Source: Lama glama (Eukaryota). From it: DNA of 64,000 nucleotides. The stretch spans positions 15,688,001 through 15,752,000 of the forward strand of contig CM052816.1 in NCBI GenBank assembly GCA_028534125.1, given 5' to 3'. Of the stretch, positions 1 to 11,747 are shown in pieces. A program made the translations under genes and the position numbers. The notes beneath the pieces were generated by a model. The model was given only the letters and a program-made list of their open reading frames with translations. It was not told the DNA's origin and did no database searches. Each line of letters starts with the position of its first letter. Position 1 is the first letter of the stretch.

Positions 1-1195
1 TCCTTCTCTCTGACCATCCTTCACATTCTCTCTTTTTTAGCTCTCTCCTCCCTACTCAACTTTGAAAATTTTTTTTTATTAAAGTGTTGATTTACAATGT
101 TAGTTTCACATGTACAGCAAAGCAATTCAGCTATACCTACTCAATTTTTAAATGTGGGATTTCTTCAAGTCTCCATCCTAGGTTCTCTTTATTTCTTCTA
201 GACGCTCTCTGTATGCAGTTTTCATGGCTTCACTCACTGTGTCTATGAAAATTCTCAAGTCCATGCCTTTAGTTCTTTCATTGGAGACCTTTGAGCTCCC
301 GATTTATACATTCACCTTCTTATTCATCTTCTGCACTTAGTATCTCACGGCTCTCTTCAACTCAGCATGTTCTAAACTGAACTAATAATGTCACCCCCTT
401 TCCAGACTTGGTCCTCTGACAGTGCTCCCTAATTTAACCACTTTGGTACTTTCTTCTTTCTTACCCACCCCCCTCTCCCCCCTCATCTTACCACTTTTAT
501 CTCCTAAGTCTCTCTTGAATTTATCTGTTTTTCCGCTGATACCACCCAGTCAAATGCTGATCTTCTTTAGCCTGTTTCACTGTAGTTTCATTACTGGCCT
601 TTTCATATTGACTTGTGCCCCTTGGAATTCATTCTCCATATACTGAGCTTTTCACATGCTGCCACCCCTACTCCACTCCAATCTCTTTCATTAGCTTTAA
701 CTTATGTTAAGACCACATCCCTCTTGTAAGGCCCTGTGTGGTCTCACCTGTGATGACTTCCTCAGTGTCCTCTCTGCCCACCTGGTCCTCACTCAGCATG
801 TGGGCCACACTGGCCGTGACAAGATTAGATTCCTGCCCCCGGGCATTTGTATGTGCTCTTTTTGGTCTCTCAGATGCCCTTTCTGCTCACTTAGTTCATT
901 CCTATCTGTTCTTCTGAGCTCAGCTCCGATGTTACTTCCTTCAGGAGGGCTTTTTGAAACCCCAGACCAGGCCAGAGCTGTGTTATATCTGCTCACAGCG
1001 TCACTACCACCCTCTGTCGAATTGTTCATGGTCCTAACTGAAACATTGTTGGATGTCAGATGGCTGTCTCCCTGCTAGACCATAGGCTCTTGAGGGCAGT
1101 GACTGTGTCTGCCATAGTCACAGCTGGACGCCAGTCCGAGCACAATGCCTGGCCCTTAGTTGGCACCAGGATTGTTTACTTGTATGAATGAATGA
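1..1195 (+). mobile_element. LINE-2 (L2) 3' portion, interrupted by a short L1 insertion
   Basis: Pyrimidine-rich L2 ORF-end/3'UTR motifs (ctcagcatgttctaaactgaact; ctcttgagggcagtgactgtgtc...caatgcctggc) ending in a tgaatgaatga tail at about 1185-1195. Confidence 0.75.
68..135 (-). mobile_element. Extremely 5'-truncated cetartiodactyl-type L1 (3' end only) with 17-bp TSD
   Basis: Poly-T then attaaagtgttgatttacaatgttagtttcacatgtacagcaaagcaattcag, flanked by cctactcaactttgaaa (51-67) and cctactcaatttttaaa (136-152). Confidence 0.85.
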
Positions 1196-1359
1196 CAGGG
1201 AGGAGGTGGGGTGAGATGAACTTGCAGGGAGGTGTATGCGTGCAATGCTGTCCTCTCAAATTGTCAAATTACAGTAGCTTATAATAGTTTAACTTTTTAA
1301 TAGTTTCCTTTTGATAACAATCACATAGTTAGATTATCTGGTTCAAAATCTTCCTTTGA

Positions 1360-1430
1360 AACACGAGGAAACTAAGGCCCAGAGAATGAAATCACTTGCC
1401 CAAGGTCATAGAAGGCGTTAGTAGCAGAAT
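1360..1430 (-). mobile_element. MIR SINE core fragment
   Basis: gaggaaactaaggcccagaga...cacttgcccaaggtcatag is the reverse complement of the MIR core. Confidence 0.75.
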
Positions 1431-2134
1431 TCTCCTTCCTCCTGCCCAGCTTCCAGGTTGGCACCATCTCTCCTGCACCACCCCGTTCCTGCATCTCTTG
1501 CATGGGACCCCCAGCTGCAGGCAGGGCTCTGGAGGCAGGAAGGCCGATTGCTCCCTCCCAGATTTGAGGATGTGGCAGGTAGGGGCAGCCGACCCCGCAA
1601 CGGCAGCATAAGGAGTCATTCCTCACCCCCACCTTCTCCAGTGTTAGAAATGAATGATGGGCTGCAAAGGCATCTGAGCCCATGCCAGCCTCACCCACTG
1701 AGATGTGAGAAAGGAGAACACAAGGGTGTTTGTTGAAGTAACTTGATTTTCCAGTTTCTAGGTTATCAGAATTTGGGGCCTGGAAGCCTGACATTGAATC
1801 TAAAGCCTAAGGGAGCCTTGTTTGCATCTGTTACTTATGGACTCACTGTGCACCCATCTGGAAACACTACCTACGTGGTCTGGCGGTAAGGCCGGCAGGA
1901 AGCCCTTCTGCAGTAAGGTGGCCCTTCCTCCATCACGTTTACCTGACCTCTTCATTCTAGTCATTGAGAATTCCATCCTGAAAGATCAAGAAATGGAAAG
2001 CTCAGGCTGGGAGTGGCCACGGAGGGAAACAGGACACTTGGCATATAAACCTTAGAATGCTGGCCCCTCGCATGTCTGGCCTCATCTCACTCATGTTCAG
2101 GTGTTGGGTTTTTCCGTTTTTTGGTTTTTTTTTT

Positions 2135-3029
2135 AATTTAACCAACATTTATTGAATCTCCATGACTGTCCTGGGTACTGAGGAGACAAAGATGAATAAG
2201 TCACATCCCTGCCCATGGGAAGTCATAGCTTAGTGATCAATGGACCATTCATTTATTCATTCACTCATTTATAAAACTTTTGGTAGGTGTCTGTTATGTG
2301 CCAGGTATTGTGCTGGGCTTATTCATTCATTCCGTCAGTAATATTTGAGTTCCTCCTATAGACCAAGACTTCCTCCAGGCGCTTGGAATACTGAACAAAC
2401 AGAATCTCTGCCCTGATGGAACTTGCTTTCTAATGGGTGAGACTAATAATATGGAATGTACGTAATAAATAAGTAAATTAAATAGTGTTTAGAAGTGGTA
2501 AATACTGTGATAAGAAAGAAAGAACGGGAAGGGGTAAAGAGAGTATAGGGGGGTGGTTTGTGATTTATATAGGCTGGTTATGACAAACCTAATTTACAAA
2601 TAGACATTAGAGCAGAGACTTGAAAGCCATGAGGAAGCCCTGGTGAAAGGAATTTCAGACAGAGGGAATTCCCCCAAGGTGGAAGCATGCCTGGCATGTT
2701 TGGGAAATAGCGAAAGGGCTGATATGTCTGGAGTGGAACAAGCTGCGTTTAGTGAAGCAATGGGTGTCAGTCATGGAGGGCCAGCAGGCCACTGTGAAGA
2801 TTTGACTTTTTCATTTAGTGAAAAAAGGATCCACTGGAGGGTTCTGAGTAGAGGAGTAATAGAATCTGACTTATATTTGAGAGGGATCAGAGTCTGCTGT
2901 GTTGAGAACAGATTTTCAGGAGCAAGGATGAAAACAGAGAAACCAGTCAGGAGTTGACTGCAGCTGAGAGATGATGGACTCAGTGTATTGCAGGGGCAAA
3001 GGTGGGGAGAAGAGCTTGGATTCTGGATA
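2135..3029 (-). mobile_element. L2 fragments (several 3' ends plus a longer piece)
   Basis: Repeated cattcattcatt...atttattga...tgtgccagg 3'-end motifs, followed by typical L2 antisense sequence ending ggattctggatatttt. Confidence 0.75.
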
Positions 3030-3269
3030 TTTTTAATTTTTTTAATTGAAATATAGTTGATTTACAATGTTGTGTTAGTTTCTGGTGTACAGCATAGTGA
3101 TTCAGTCATATACATATATATTCTTTTTCATTATAGATTATTGTAAGATACTAAATATAGTTCCTTGTGCTATGCAGTAGGACCTTGTTGTTTATCTGTT
3201 TTGTATGTAATAGTTTGCATCTGCTAATCCCAAACTCCTAATTAATCCTTGCCCCCAACACCTTTCCCC
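3030..3269 (-). mobile_element. L1 3' UTR fragment, cetartiodactyl type
   Basis: ttaattgaaatatagttgatttacaatgttgtgttagtttctggtgtacagcatagtgattcag...gtaggaccttgttgtttatc...catctgctaatcccaaactcc. Confidence 0.9.
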
Positions 3270-3404
3270 ATCTCTTTTGCCCTATTATATTTATTAGAAG
3301 TGAGTCAGTAGGCCCAACCCACACTCAAGGGGCAGACATTGTTTAAGAGCAGGAATATAAGGAGGCAGGATCATTGAGGGCCATCTCAGATGCTGCTTCC
3401 CACA
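3270..3404 (-). mobile_element. MaLR LTR fragment (MLT1-like)
   Basis: ttagaagtgagtcagtaggcccaacccacactcaagggg...ggatcattgaggggccatct resembles the end of the MLT1 copy at about 28250-28360. Confidence 0.6.
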
Positions 3405-3835
3405 ACCCTGAAGGAGGAAAAGGAGTTTGCCAGAGTGAGAGGAGGAGCAACTAAGAGAAGGCGGCACAGAAGTATTTCAGGAAGAGAGAGTAACACAGGC
3501 AATAATGTGTGTCCAAAGTGGTGGAAGCTACTGCTGCTCAGATAGGCTGTGGCCCTTTGAAGAGGGTCTGGCGTGCTGTGCTGAGAAGTTTTGGTCTTTA
3601 TTCTTTGTAAAGAGAAAATCCCTGGGAGGCTTTTATGTAGCAAAGTGACTTGATTTGTGTTTTGGTCTGTGATGGCTGCGTGCTGGACAAATGGGAGCGG
3701 GAGAGGCTGGTGACGGAGAGTGCCCTCTAGTGGATAGGAGGGCCTGAACCAAGGCAGCGGCAGTGGGTCTTGTGAAGCCGGGCCAGATTCAAGGGCTATT
3801 TAGACAACAATGAACAAGTCTTGGAGGACCGCCTG
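3405..3835 (-). mobile_element. L2 fragment (diverged)
   Basis: gaaggaggaaaaggagtttgcc...gagggcctgaaccaaggcagcggcagtggg are L2 antisense motifs. Confidence 0.55.
3720..3733 (-). promoter_or_regulatory. Candidate CTCF core motif
   Basis: gtgccctctagtgg reads CCACTAGAGGGCAC on the minus strand, a close match to the CTCF core. Motif only, no binding data. Confidence 0.4.
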
Positions 3836-5097
3836 GGAGAGCACCAATCTATCATGCTTTTGGGGTCCCCCCCCCCAGATCACCGAGGGTTCTGGCTGCA
3901 CTGATCCAGCATGAATGAGACACGGCCCCTTGTGCGTGGGAGAGAGACAGTCCTGGCCTACTTGTTGTGTAGTCAACTGTCCAGTGAAAGGGGCCAGCGG
4001 CAAACCCAGCAGGAACAGAGCCCTTTTGTTGAAAATAAGGTTTATCATGCTACTTGAAGGATATGGCAATGGCAACACTACTACTGGTGTGTCACCTACC
4101 AAGGTATGTACACCTGCTGTGGGACAGCTCTAACTTTCCCCTGCGTCTTGTGCACAGACTCTGAGCTTGTCCTCAGTGGCTGCAGCCAAGTGGGATACAC
4201 AGGTGACAGTACGCATTTCTGGATGGGTCCCCCACACGTGTTCTCATGTGAAATACCAGGAGAGAGTGATGCTACCTCCGACAGGACTGGTGGCTGTGGC
4301 CCTACCGCACCGGCCTTCCTGGTGACTGAGATGCTGTTAAGGAATCGAGAGAACGGAAGGCCTGGGTTCAGGCGCTGGCTGCCGTGGCTGTTGGGCTTCG
4401 TTTCCTAATCTGTAAAGGGGCCGCGGGCTTCAAAGTTCTTTCCAGCTCTTGAGTCCTGGGAGTTGTAAGTCAGGCCAAGGGCACAAGAAATGTTGGCATC
4501 ACATCCGTCACCCCTGGAAACCCATGGAGAAGTCCAAACGGATGGCTCCTTTGATAGAGGAGAGAGTTTTCAAGAGGGAAAAGCATCTTTCTCAGGGTTT
4601 GAGTGGGGCTCTGTCCTTTTCTCCTACTCTAAAGGTACGTGGAAGGAAGCTAAGTCTGGCATGGCCACCCAGGACTCTCGAGGGGCCAGAAGTGAAAATG
4701 CAGGGGAAGGATGTGCAGACAGGCCTCCTGCCCCTCGGTCTGGCTGGTGTCGTGACTCGTCAGCACGCCGTTCCCTCTCCCGGCTTTGGTGTATCTCCTC
4801 TATTTGAGTTCTTGATCCTAAGCTGTGTTCTGTTTGTGTCCTTTTTGGCTTGTGCGTGCAATGAACAATTTCCTTTTCCCCCGTTGGAAGAGAAAGCTTG
4901 CTTAATGTAAGTACTAAAGTTCTTGGTGCTTACACCCTGGGGCCTGTTAACTGCCAAGGTAGGCCCTATTTGCAGCAGAAGGCAGTCCCGCTCACACAGG
5001 ATGTGAAGCCTGTGGGAGGTTCCTGAGGTCCTTTTGAGCCACCTGAGCTCTTTCAAAGTCCAGTGTGGGGGGATCCATCAGAGACTCCCTCCTCCCA

Positions 5098-5280
5098 GAG
5101 CACGGCTTCTAACTCTGGGCATTTTGAGCCAAATACTGCTTTGTGGCGGGGTGCTGCCTGGTGCACAGTAAGATGTTTAGCAGCAGTAGCGCCCCCTCCC
5201 CCAGTTACAACAAACAAAAATGTCTCTAGACATGCCAACTGTCCCCTAGGGGGCAAAATCGTCCCAGTTAAGAACCACTG
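5098..5280 (-). mobile_element. MER20 (hAT-Charlie MITE)
   Basis: aaaaatgtctctagacatgccaactgtcccctagggggcaaaatcgtcccagttaagaaccactg is the reverse complement of the MER20 5' end including its TIR. Confidence 0.85.
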
Positions 5281-5354
5281 TCCTCGAACTACCGCTGCAC
5301 ACATACACTGGCAGCTTGTGAGATGAGCAAGGCTTTTGAGAACCACAGTCTTTA

Positions 5355-5441
5355 TTTTTGGTTTCACTTCTGACTCACTGACGCTCCCAGGGCAAGTTAA
5401 TGAAGCTCTCTAGATCTCTGTTTATTCACCTATAAAATGGG
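5355..5441 (+). mobile_element. MIR fragment
   Basis: gggcaagttaatgaagctctct...tgtttattcacctataaaatggg. Confidence 0.6.
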
Positions 5442-5454
5442 TGCTCTTTGCCTT

Positions 5455-5970
5455 ACTAAAATAGTAATATATGTTTGTTGAAGAGAGTTTAGAAGCAACA
5501 GAAAAGCCTAAAGAAGGAAATCCAAAGATCTGTCAGCATCTCAACCACCTAGAGATAACTTCTATTTAGGTGTATTTTCCTCCCGCATTTTAAAATTGCA
5601 TAACCCCTCCCCCATAGCACATACACACGAAATCAGGATCATATCATAATATATAGCAAACTATTCTTCAAAAATATGATTGTTAATGGATACATAGAAG
5701 GCCATCTTCTAAAGATCCTATATTTTATTTAACCAACTTTGGGTTGTGCAACATTTACTGTAGCCAATTTCTTACTACTGGAGTTAATACTGGGATGGCA
5801 ACCTTGGCCATTAATCTTTGTGTGCAACTCTGATTTCTTTCAGATAATACCTAGAAGTGGAATTGGTGGGTCAAAGGATGGGGACATTTTTAAGGCTTTG
5901 GGCACATATTATCAAGCTGCCTTCCAGAATGGCTGTGCCATTTCATACCAGCAGTGTATGAGAGAGCCAC
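5455..5970 (-). mobile_element. Old L1M (L1ME/MC-like) 3' region
   Basis: ttcagataatacctagaagtggaattggtgggtcaaagg...ttccagaatggctgtgccatttcataccagcagtgtatgagag. Confidence 0.7.
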
Positions 5971-6936
5971 ATTGGGGCAGTCTGTACTCAGAAGTTTTCT
6001 TCCTCACCCCTGGCTTCTCCTGATGCTGGTCAACCCCCATTTTGTTTGCAATAGTGCATTAGAGCCCTGCAAAGCACAATGGTTGCCTGCTCTCGTGGTA
6101 CAGCTGGGCAGAACATGAACTGACCAGGAGGAGTGACAGACACACTTTAGAATTACTGACAGAACTCAGATCAAGACTCAAGGGCCCTGAGCAGGTCATG
6201 CTTTGGGGGATTTCTTTCCTTTTAGCCTGGCCCCAGGAATGGGGCAATGTGTGCTAATGGCCCTTTTCTAACTGGTTTTCTTAAGGGGCCACTGGTCTTC
6301 AGAGGCTTTGCCCTAGACATCTTTGGCATCTGGTCTCCTAGAGCCAGTGTGGAAGGCTTGGAGTCCTATCGGGGGTGGAGTTGGCGAGGAGTCTAGCTGG
6401 AGTCAGTGCTCCGGGCCCCCCCCCTTGCCTGCGCCGTTCTTGCCCCCAGGCTCCTGGATGCATTCTTGGCACCCTTGGTGAAAGCAGCATGCCCAAGGCG
6501 TAGCGTCTCACCTTGGCATGAGCCTAAGATGCCTGAGGTGCTGGGGACAGACCGGGCAGTGGAGTGAGTACGTGGTACCTGAGGTGTTGGGTCTGTGTGG
6601 TTGTAGAAATGACCTTGATGGCCCTTCTTGTCTTGTGACCAGAAGCATTCCTGCCATGGCTGTCTCTGCCCAGGAATGCAGTCACTGTGGGGAATGGGAG
6701 ATAAACAGAGGCAGGCAGTGATGCGGTCAGAGGAACAGATTTTGAGAACCAGGTGCTTGCTTCTTTCCTGTGGAGGCAGAGACTTGGGGGGAAGATCAGT
6801 GCTGGCCTTGCCATGCTACTGCGGTGACTGTGTCTGGGGAGCACCAGCTTCTAGTTCCTGACCGCCTTTCTCTGGCCAGTGGAACTGAAGGTGGAGGGCC
6901 CCAGTGCTAACTGCTGCTCACTCATGGCATTTTCAG

Positions 6937-6993
6937 ATCTATCATCAGGTCCTTTGATGTTCACAGAAGGAATTCTCATCCATGAGAAGAAAG
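6937..6993 (+). other. Candidate 57-nt internal exon (unassigned transcript)
   Basis: Branch-like CTAAC at 6907-6911, AG-free zone, acceptor ttttcag|, donor AAG|gtattt. One frame is open (xDLSSGPLMFTEGILIHEKKx) but I do not recognise the peptide. Confidence 0.25.
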
Positions 6994-7195
6994 GTATTTA
7001 AACCTTTGGAGTCTTTCCTTTCAAATCCTGACTTCCAGCCCTAAGGAGCTCAAGGCCTAATAGATATTTTTTGGAGAAGCTCACCCAATGGTACATTTCC
7101 TAGAGCATAGCAGGGTTTACACGTGGAACTGAGGGAAAGGTGCCTGGAGTTGTGGGGTGATGTTTAATCAATGGTGAATCTAGAGACATAGTCTT

Positions 7196-7957
7196 TCTTC
7201 TTTCATTTTTAATTTTGAACTAATTTTAGACTCATAGAAAATTTGCAAAAATAGGACAGAGAGTCCCCATACCCTCCTCACCCAACTTCCCCTAATGTTA
7301 ACATCTTACATAACCATAGTAAAAGGATTGAGACCGGGAAATTAACATTGGCACAGTGCTATTAACTAAACTATAGGCCTCATTTGAATTTCGTCAGTTT
7401 TCCGCTCACGTCCCTTTCCTGATCCCCGGGCCTACCTAGGATCCCACGTTACATTTCGTTGTTTTTCTGCTTTCATTTCCTCTATAATCGGTAACAGTTT
7501 TTCAGTCTTTCCTTGCCTTTCACGATCTTGACACTTTTGAAGAGTGTGGCTCAGTTGTTTTAAAGAGTGAACCTCAGTTTGGATTAGTCTGATGTTTTCT
7601 CATTATTGAAGCGAGGTTATACCTTTTTGACAAAATCGCCACAGAAATGAGGTTGTGTGCTTCTCAGGGAATCTTCCTGGCAATGACAACCTTGGTGACT
7701 TGGATAGGTGGTGTCTGCCGAATTGCCCCATTGTAAAGTTACTGTCCCTCCCTTTATAGTTAATAACTGTCTCAGAGGACATGCATTGAAACTATGTAAA
7801 TCCGTTTCCCCTTCTAACTTTCGACGCTGCTTCTAGCATCCCTGGGCGGATCCTGTTTGCAACAGTTGTTTGTGGTATTTGCCTGATGGCGATTTCTGTT
7901 TCCTCTGTGCCTTCTGCATTTATGAATTCCACATATTTTATCTACTGTAAGGTGGAG
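7196..7957 (-). mobile_element. L1MC-like 3' UTR with 16-bp TSD
   Basis: taattttagactcatagaaaatttgcaaaaataggacagagagtccccatacc is an L1MC-type end. Flanks are ctagagacatagtctt (7180-7195) and ctagagacataatctt (7958-7973). Confidence 0.85.
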
Positions 7958-8079
7958 CTAGAGACATAATCTTGGTGAAATGTATTACTCCTTAATCAAG
8001 TCTTCATTTAAGAGCAGTAGCTCTTTCCAAAGTATGATCTATATTTGCCCTTAGACCTGTGTATTGGTTTCCTATTTAT

Positions 8080-8195
8080 GCTCCCAGAAAACTTGCAAAA
8101 ATAATACAGAGGGTTCCCATGCACCTCTCACTCAGCTTCCCATGATACCAACACGTTACATAACCATGGTAGGATTATCAAAAGTAGGAAATTAC
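8080..8195 (-). mobile_element. Second short L1MC-like 3' fragment
   Basis: gaaaacttgcaaaaataatacagagggttcccatgcacc...acataaccatgg is homologous to 7235-7345. Confidence 0.7.
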
Positions 8196-8479
8196 CTCGT
8201 TTATTTGAAGGCTATTATAACAGCTAGGGAGGAGATAATGATGGTGTGGAGCAAGTGGATAATTGGGGAGGTGAGGAGAAGTGGTTGGGCTCTGGATCTC
8301 TTTTAAAGGGAGAATGTACAGGATTTGTGAAAGATTGGATGTGGAGTGGCGGGGGGTGCAGAATGGTGCCACAAATTTTGATCTGAACAACTGGTCTTGC
8401 CTTTTTTTGAGTTGGAGATGATTACAAGAGACATCCAGGCAATTTTGTCCATCAACGATAAACTCCTCTTTTCTCATCA

Positions 8480-9217
8480 TCTCCCCAATTATCCACTTGA
8501 TTCAAGCCACCATTAGCTCTTGTCTCGTTGTTTTAATAGCCTTCAAATTGATCTCTCTGCTCCCACTCTTACCCCTCTTTGGTCTGTTCTGAACACAGCA
8601 GCCAGTTGAACCAAAAAAAAAAAAAAGTCAGCTCAGGTGGCTATCCTGCTCAAAGCCTTACTGAGCTTTCTTTCTTATCCAAAGCAGGGTGACTCAAGGT
8701 CCAGTTGTATGTTCTGGTCAGTTCCCCCTCTGACCCCAGCTCTTACCTTCTCCCCCCATTTCTCCCATTTGATCCTGTACGGCCCTCCTTGCTCTTTTCT
8801 GAACCTGTCAGACGTGCTCCTGCCTCCGGACCTTTGTATTTCTTGTTTGTTCTACTTGGAATGTGCTTCACCTGCAAATCTGCTTGTCTTGTTCCCTTAC
8901 TGCCTTCACCTCTTCAAATGTCCCCTCCTCGGTGTGACCTCAGTGAGGACTTCTCAGGCCATCCTATCTAAAAATGCAACTCCTATTACTCTGTATCCCT
9001 CTTTCTGTTTTATTTTTCGCCTTAACTCTTATTATTATCTAACAATACTATTTATTTTACTGATTTATCTTATAAATGTTGTCAGTTTTCTTCCACAAGA
9101 ATTATAGACTCCAAGAGGACATGGATTTTAGTTCTTTGTGTTCTCTGTCACATTTCTTATATTTAAAATAGTGCCTGGCAAATAGCAGGTACCCAATAAA
9201 TATTTGTGAAATGAATC
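8480..9217 (+). mobile_element. L2 3' portion
   Basis: Ends aatagtgcctggcaaatagcaggtacccaataaatatttgtgaaatgaat, a canonical L2 3' end. Confidence 0.8.
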
Positions 9218-9239
9218 AGTGTGTGCTTTTATAATTGGG

Positions 9240-10120
9240 GTATATATTTATCAATTGCTTTAGGAGGTATACAAGGCACTATGCTATATGTTTAGGCAGG
9301 TGAAAAGAAATTTAAGACATGGCCTGTATCTTCAAGTTGCTTATAATTTGGTTGGGGTAACAAGACACCCATGTGAAAAGGTAACTAGTGGGATGATCAC
9401 CATAAGCTGTGAAGTAGCAGGCACAGTGGTAGGTACAAACAAATATGAAGACAGTTTTTTCTTTCATGCTCTTCTAGGCCATGCAGAGGATTGCGATGAC
9501 GCAAAGGAAAACAAGTTCTACTCGACTGCATGAGCAAGTGCCAAACAAAAGGCATGGATGCTGACGGGAGATCAGGAGGGAGGGGTTCCCAGCAGAGCAG
9601 GAGCAACAGTGTTCATGTCCAAGGTCTCACCTGAACACGTGGGGTCTGGAAAATGCAGGGAACTCAGAGAGGTCTGATGTAGCTAGGACACAGGGCATGA
9701 GGGCAGGGAAGAGGCAAAAGACAAGGCTAGCAAAGTGGGTCACAGTGAGACAGTGAAGGACCTTGGGTCCTATGTTGAAGAGTTTGGATTTCACTCTGTA
9801 GGTGGTGAGGGGCCGCTGAAAAGTTTTTGAAGAGGGGATTGAAGTGATCACATGTGCTGTTGGATCAGATCTGATGATAGAATTAGAAAGGATTGGAGTC
9901 ACAGAGAGCAGTTCAGAAGTTCCTGGAGTAAGGCAGGGAACAGATGACAAAGTCCTGAAGTACAAGAGAAGCTATGAAAAGGAAAGGTGATGAACTGGAG
10001 AACGTTTGAAGGGAGAGTCAGTCCATCTGAGTGAATGATTACTCTGGGGGTAGGAGAGGATTTATTGAAGATAATGCTGCGATTTCTAACTTGGATGACG
10101 GGATGGTTCATAGAACAGAG
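9240..10120 (-). mobile_element. L2 fragments
   Basis: atgttgaagagtttggatttcactctgtaggtggtgagggg...tttctaacttggatgacgggatgg are antisense L2 motifs. Confidence 0.65.
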
Positions 10121-11162
10121 AAAGAAGCATAAGGCTGGAGGTCATGGTGTCAGGAGAGGTGAGGGCGGAGCCTAGAGGTGATGGTAGAGATCAGGAGGTC
10201 CATGTTATCACCCTGGTAGATCTGCCTTTGACCCCACTCAGTTCCCTGACATCTGGCTATAGCGCATGAATGGTTGCTGGGCCAGGAGGGACTGAGCCTG
10301 TCCCCAGGGCTGACTCCTGGAGCTCCAGGTCAGAGCTGCTCCTCTGTCCACCTCCAGCATTGGGTAGCAGTACAGACCAAGCCAATCCTGGTGGCAGGGA
10401 GGAGGAGGTGGCGCCTGGGGAGCATCTCCGAGGGCTCGGAAGGGAGCCAACAGGGAGCAGGAAGGAGGCTGGCAGTGCCTGGGAGCCAAGTTCAGCTCAG
10501 CTCTATTTTGGGTGACAACATTTACAATGTTCCTTCACCCAGAATCATTCTGCCTGCCTGCCCGCCTTCGGTGTTTCCAGCTGATGGGTTCTCACGCCTA
10601 CTTAACTACTGGCTTGGTTCACGGGCCCCCAAGCTCACTGACAGCTGCCTTTCAGTCCCCTTGCTGTTCAGCAAGATGCCCAAGTCCCTGGGGTGGCCGG
10701 GATGCTCAGCCAGCTTCCCTGAGGCTCTTCAGCATGGGGAGCTGGGCAGGTGGCACAGAAGCTGGAAGCAAAGAGAGGTGGTGATGGGAAATGTCAGGGT
10801 TCAGACACAGAGGTGTGTAGGCAATGGACTTGTATTTCTGTGCTTCACTTCCTCTGAAAGATCAAGTTACTGAGGGAGAACATGCTTGATAATGATCATT
10901 TTTGTTCCCACGTCTTGTCGAAGAACCCCCCGACAGAAGACCTGCCGTTGTCCAGGCTAAAGCAGTGGGCATGTATAAGTCATGTTTAGGGCTCTGCAGG
11001 TATAATGTGGAAGGACAAGTCTTACTCTTTCATAATTAAAAATTTAAGAGTATTACACATTTATTATAGAAAATACACAAGAGTATAATGAAAAGAATAA
11101 AGATGACCTGTAATCCCATTACTCGGAGGGAACTCTGGCTAGTACTTTCATATTGTTTTTTC

Positions 11163-11165
<3 letters not shown>

Positions 11166-11194
<29 letters not shown>
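11166..11194. repeat. (TG)14 microsatellite
   Basis: Perfect TG run. Confidence 0.95.
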
Positions 11195-11196
<2 letters not shown>

Positions 11197-11747
11197 TTTC
11201 CTGAGTCTGTGGAGGCTTGTGTGTGGTGCACGTGCGCGTCACCTTTGCCCAGGCTCCCTCAGGTGGGTACAGAATGGCGCTGCGCACACCCTCAGCTCCA
11301 AAGTGTGTATTTCTCATGTAGTTTGGATGGTTTCCCTCCTAGGACTCTCCTCCTTTTTTGAAAACAAAATCATGCTTCTGGCAAAAGATTGCTGGTTCGT
11401 CCAGGAGGGGGCGATGTTTGGAGGAGCTCAGCATGGGACAGGATGCTGTGGGGAGGATGAAACTGAGGTTGTGTAATAACCTTGCCTCTTAAACAGAGAT
11501 TCCAAAGAGCCACAGGGCACCAGCTGAGAATTCTCAGTCCCTTCCCTTTTCCCACAAGCCTTGCTGGATAGGGCAGTGACAAGCTAGATTTGCCATCGAG
11601 CTGAGTAATCGGACCTGGCGGATGAGCAGAGAGCCACGGGCATTACCAAGAAAGCTTTTCACGGTAACACAGCATCCCTTGAAAAACGAGATGCCAGGTC
11701 ACCACAGAACCCTCTAACCAGCTTGTAAGCTCCAAATTCTCTAGTGA

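Noticed and set aside
10274..10873. 199-aa plus-strand ORF
   Set aside because: Non-ATG start, overlapping open frames typical of GC-rich non-coding DNA, no recognisable protein family.
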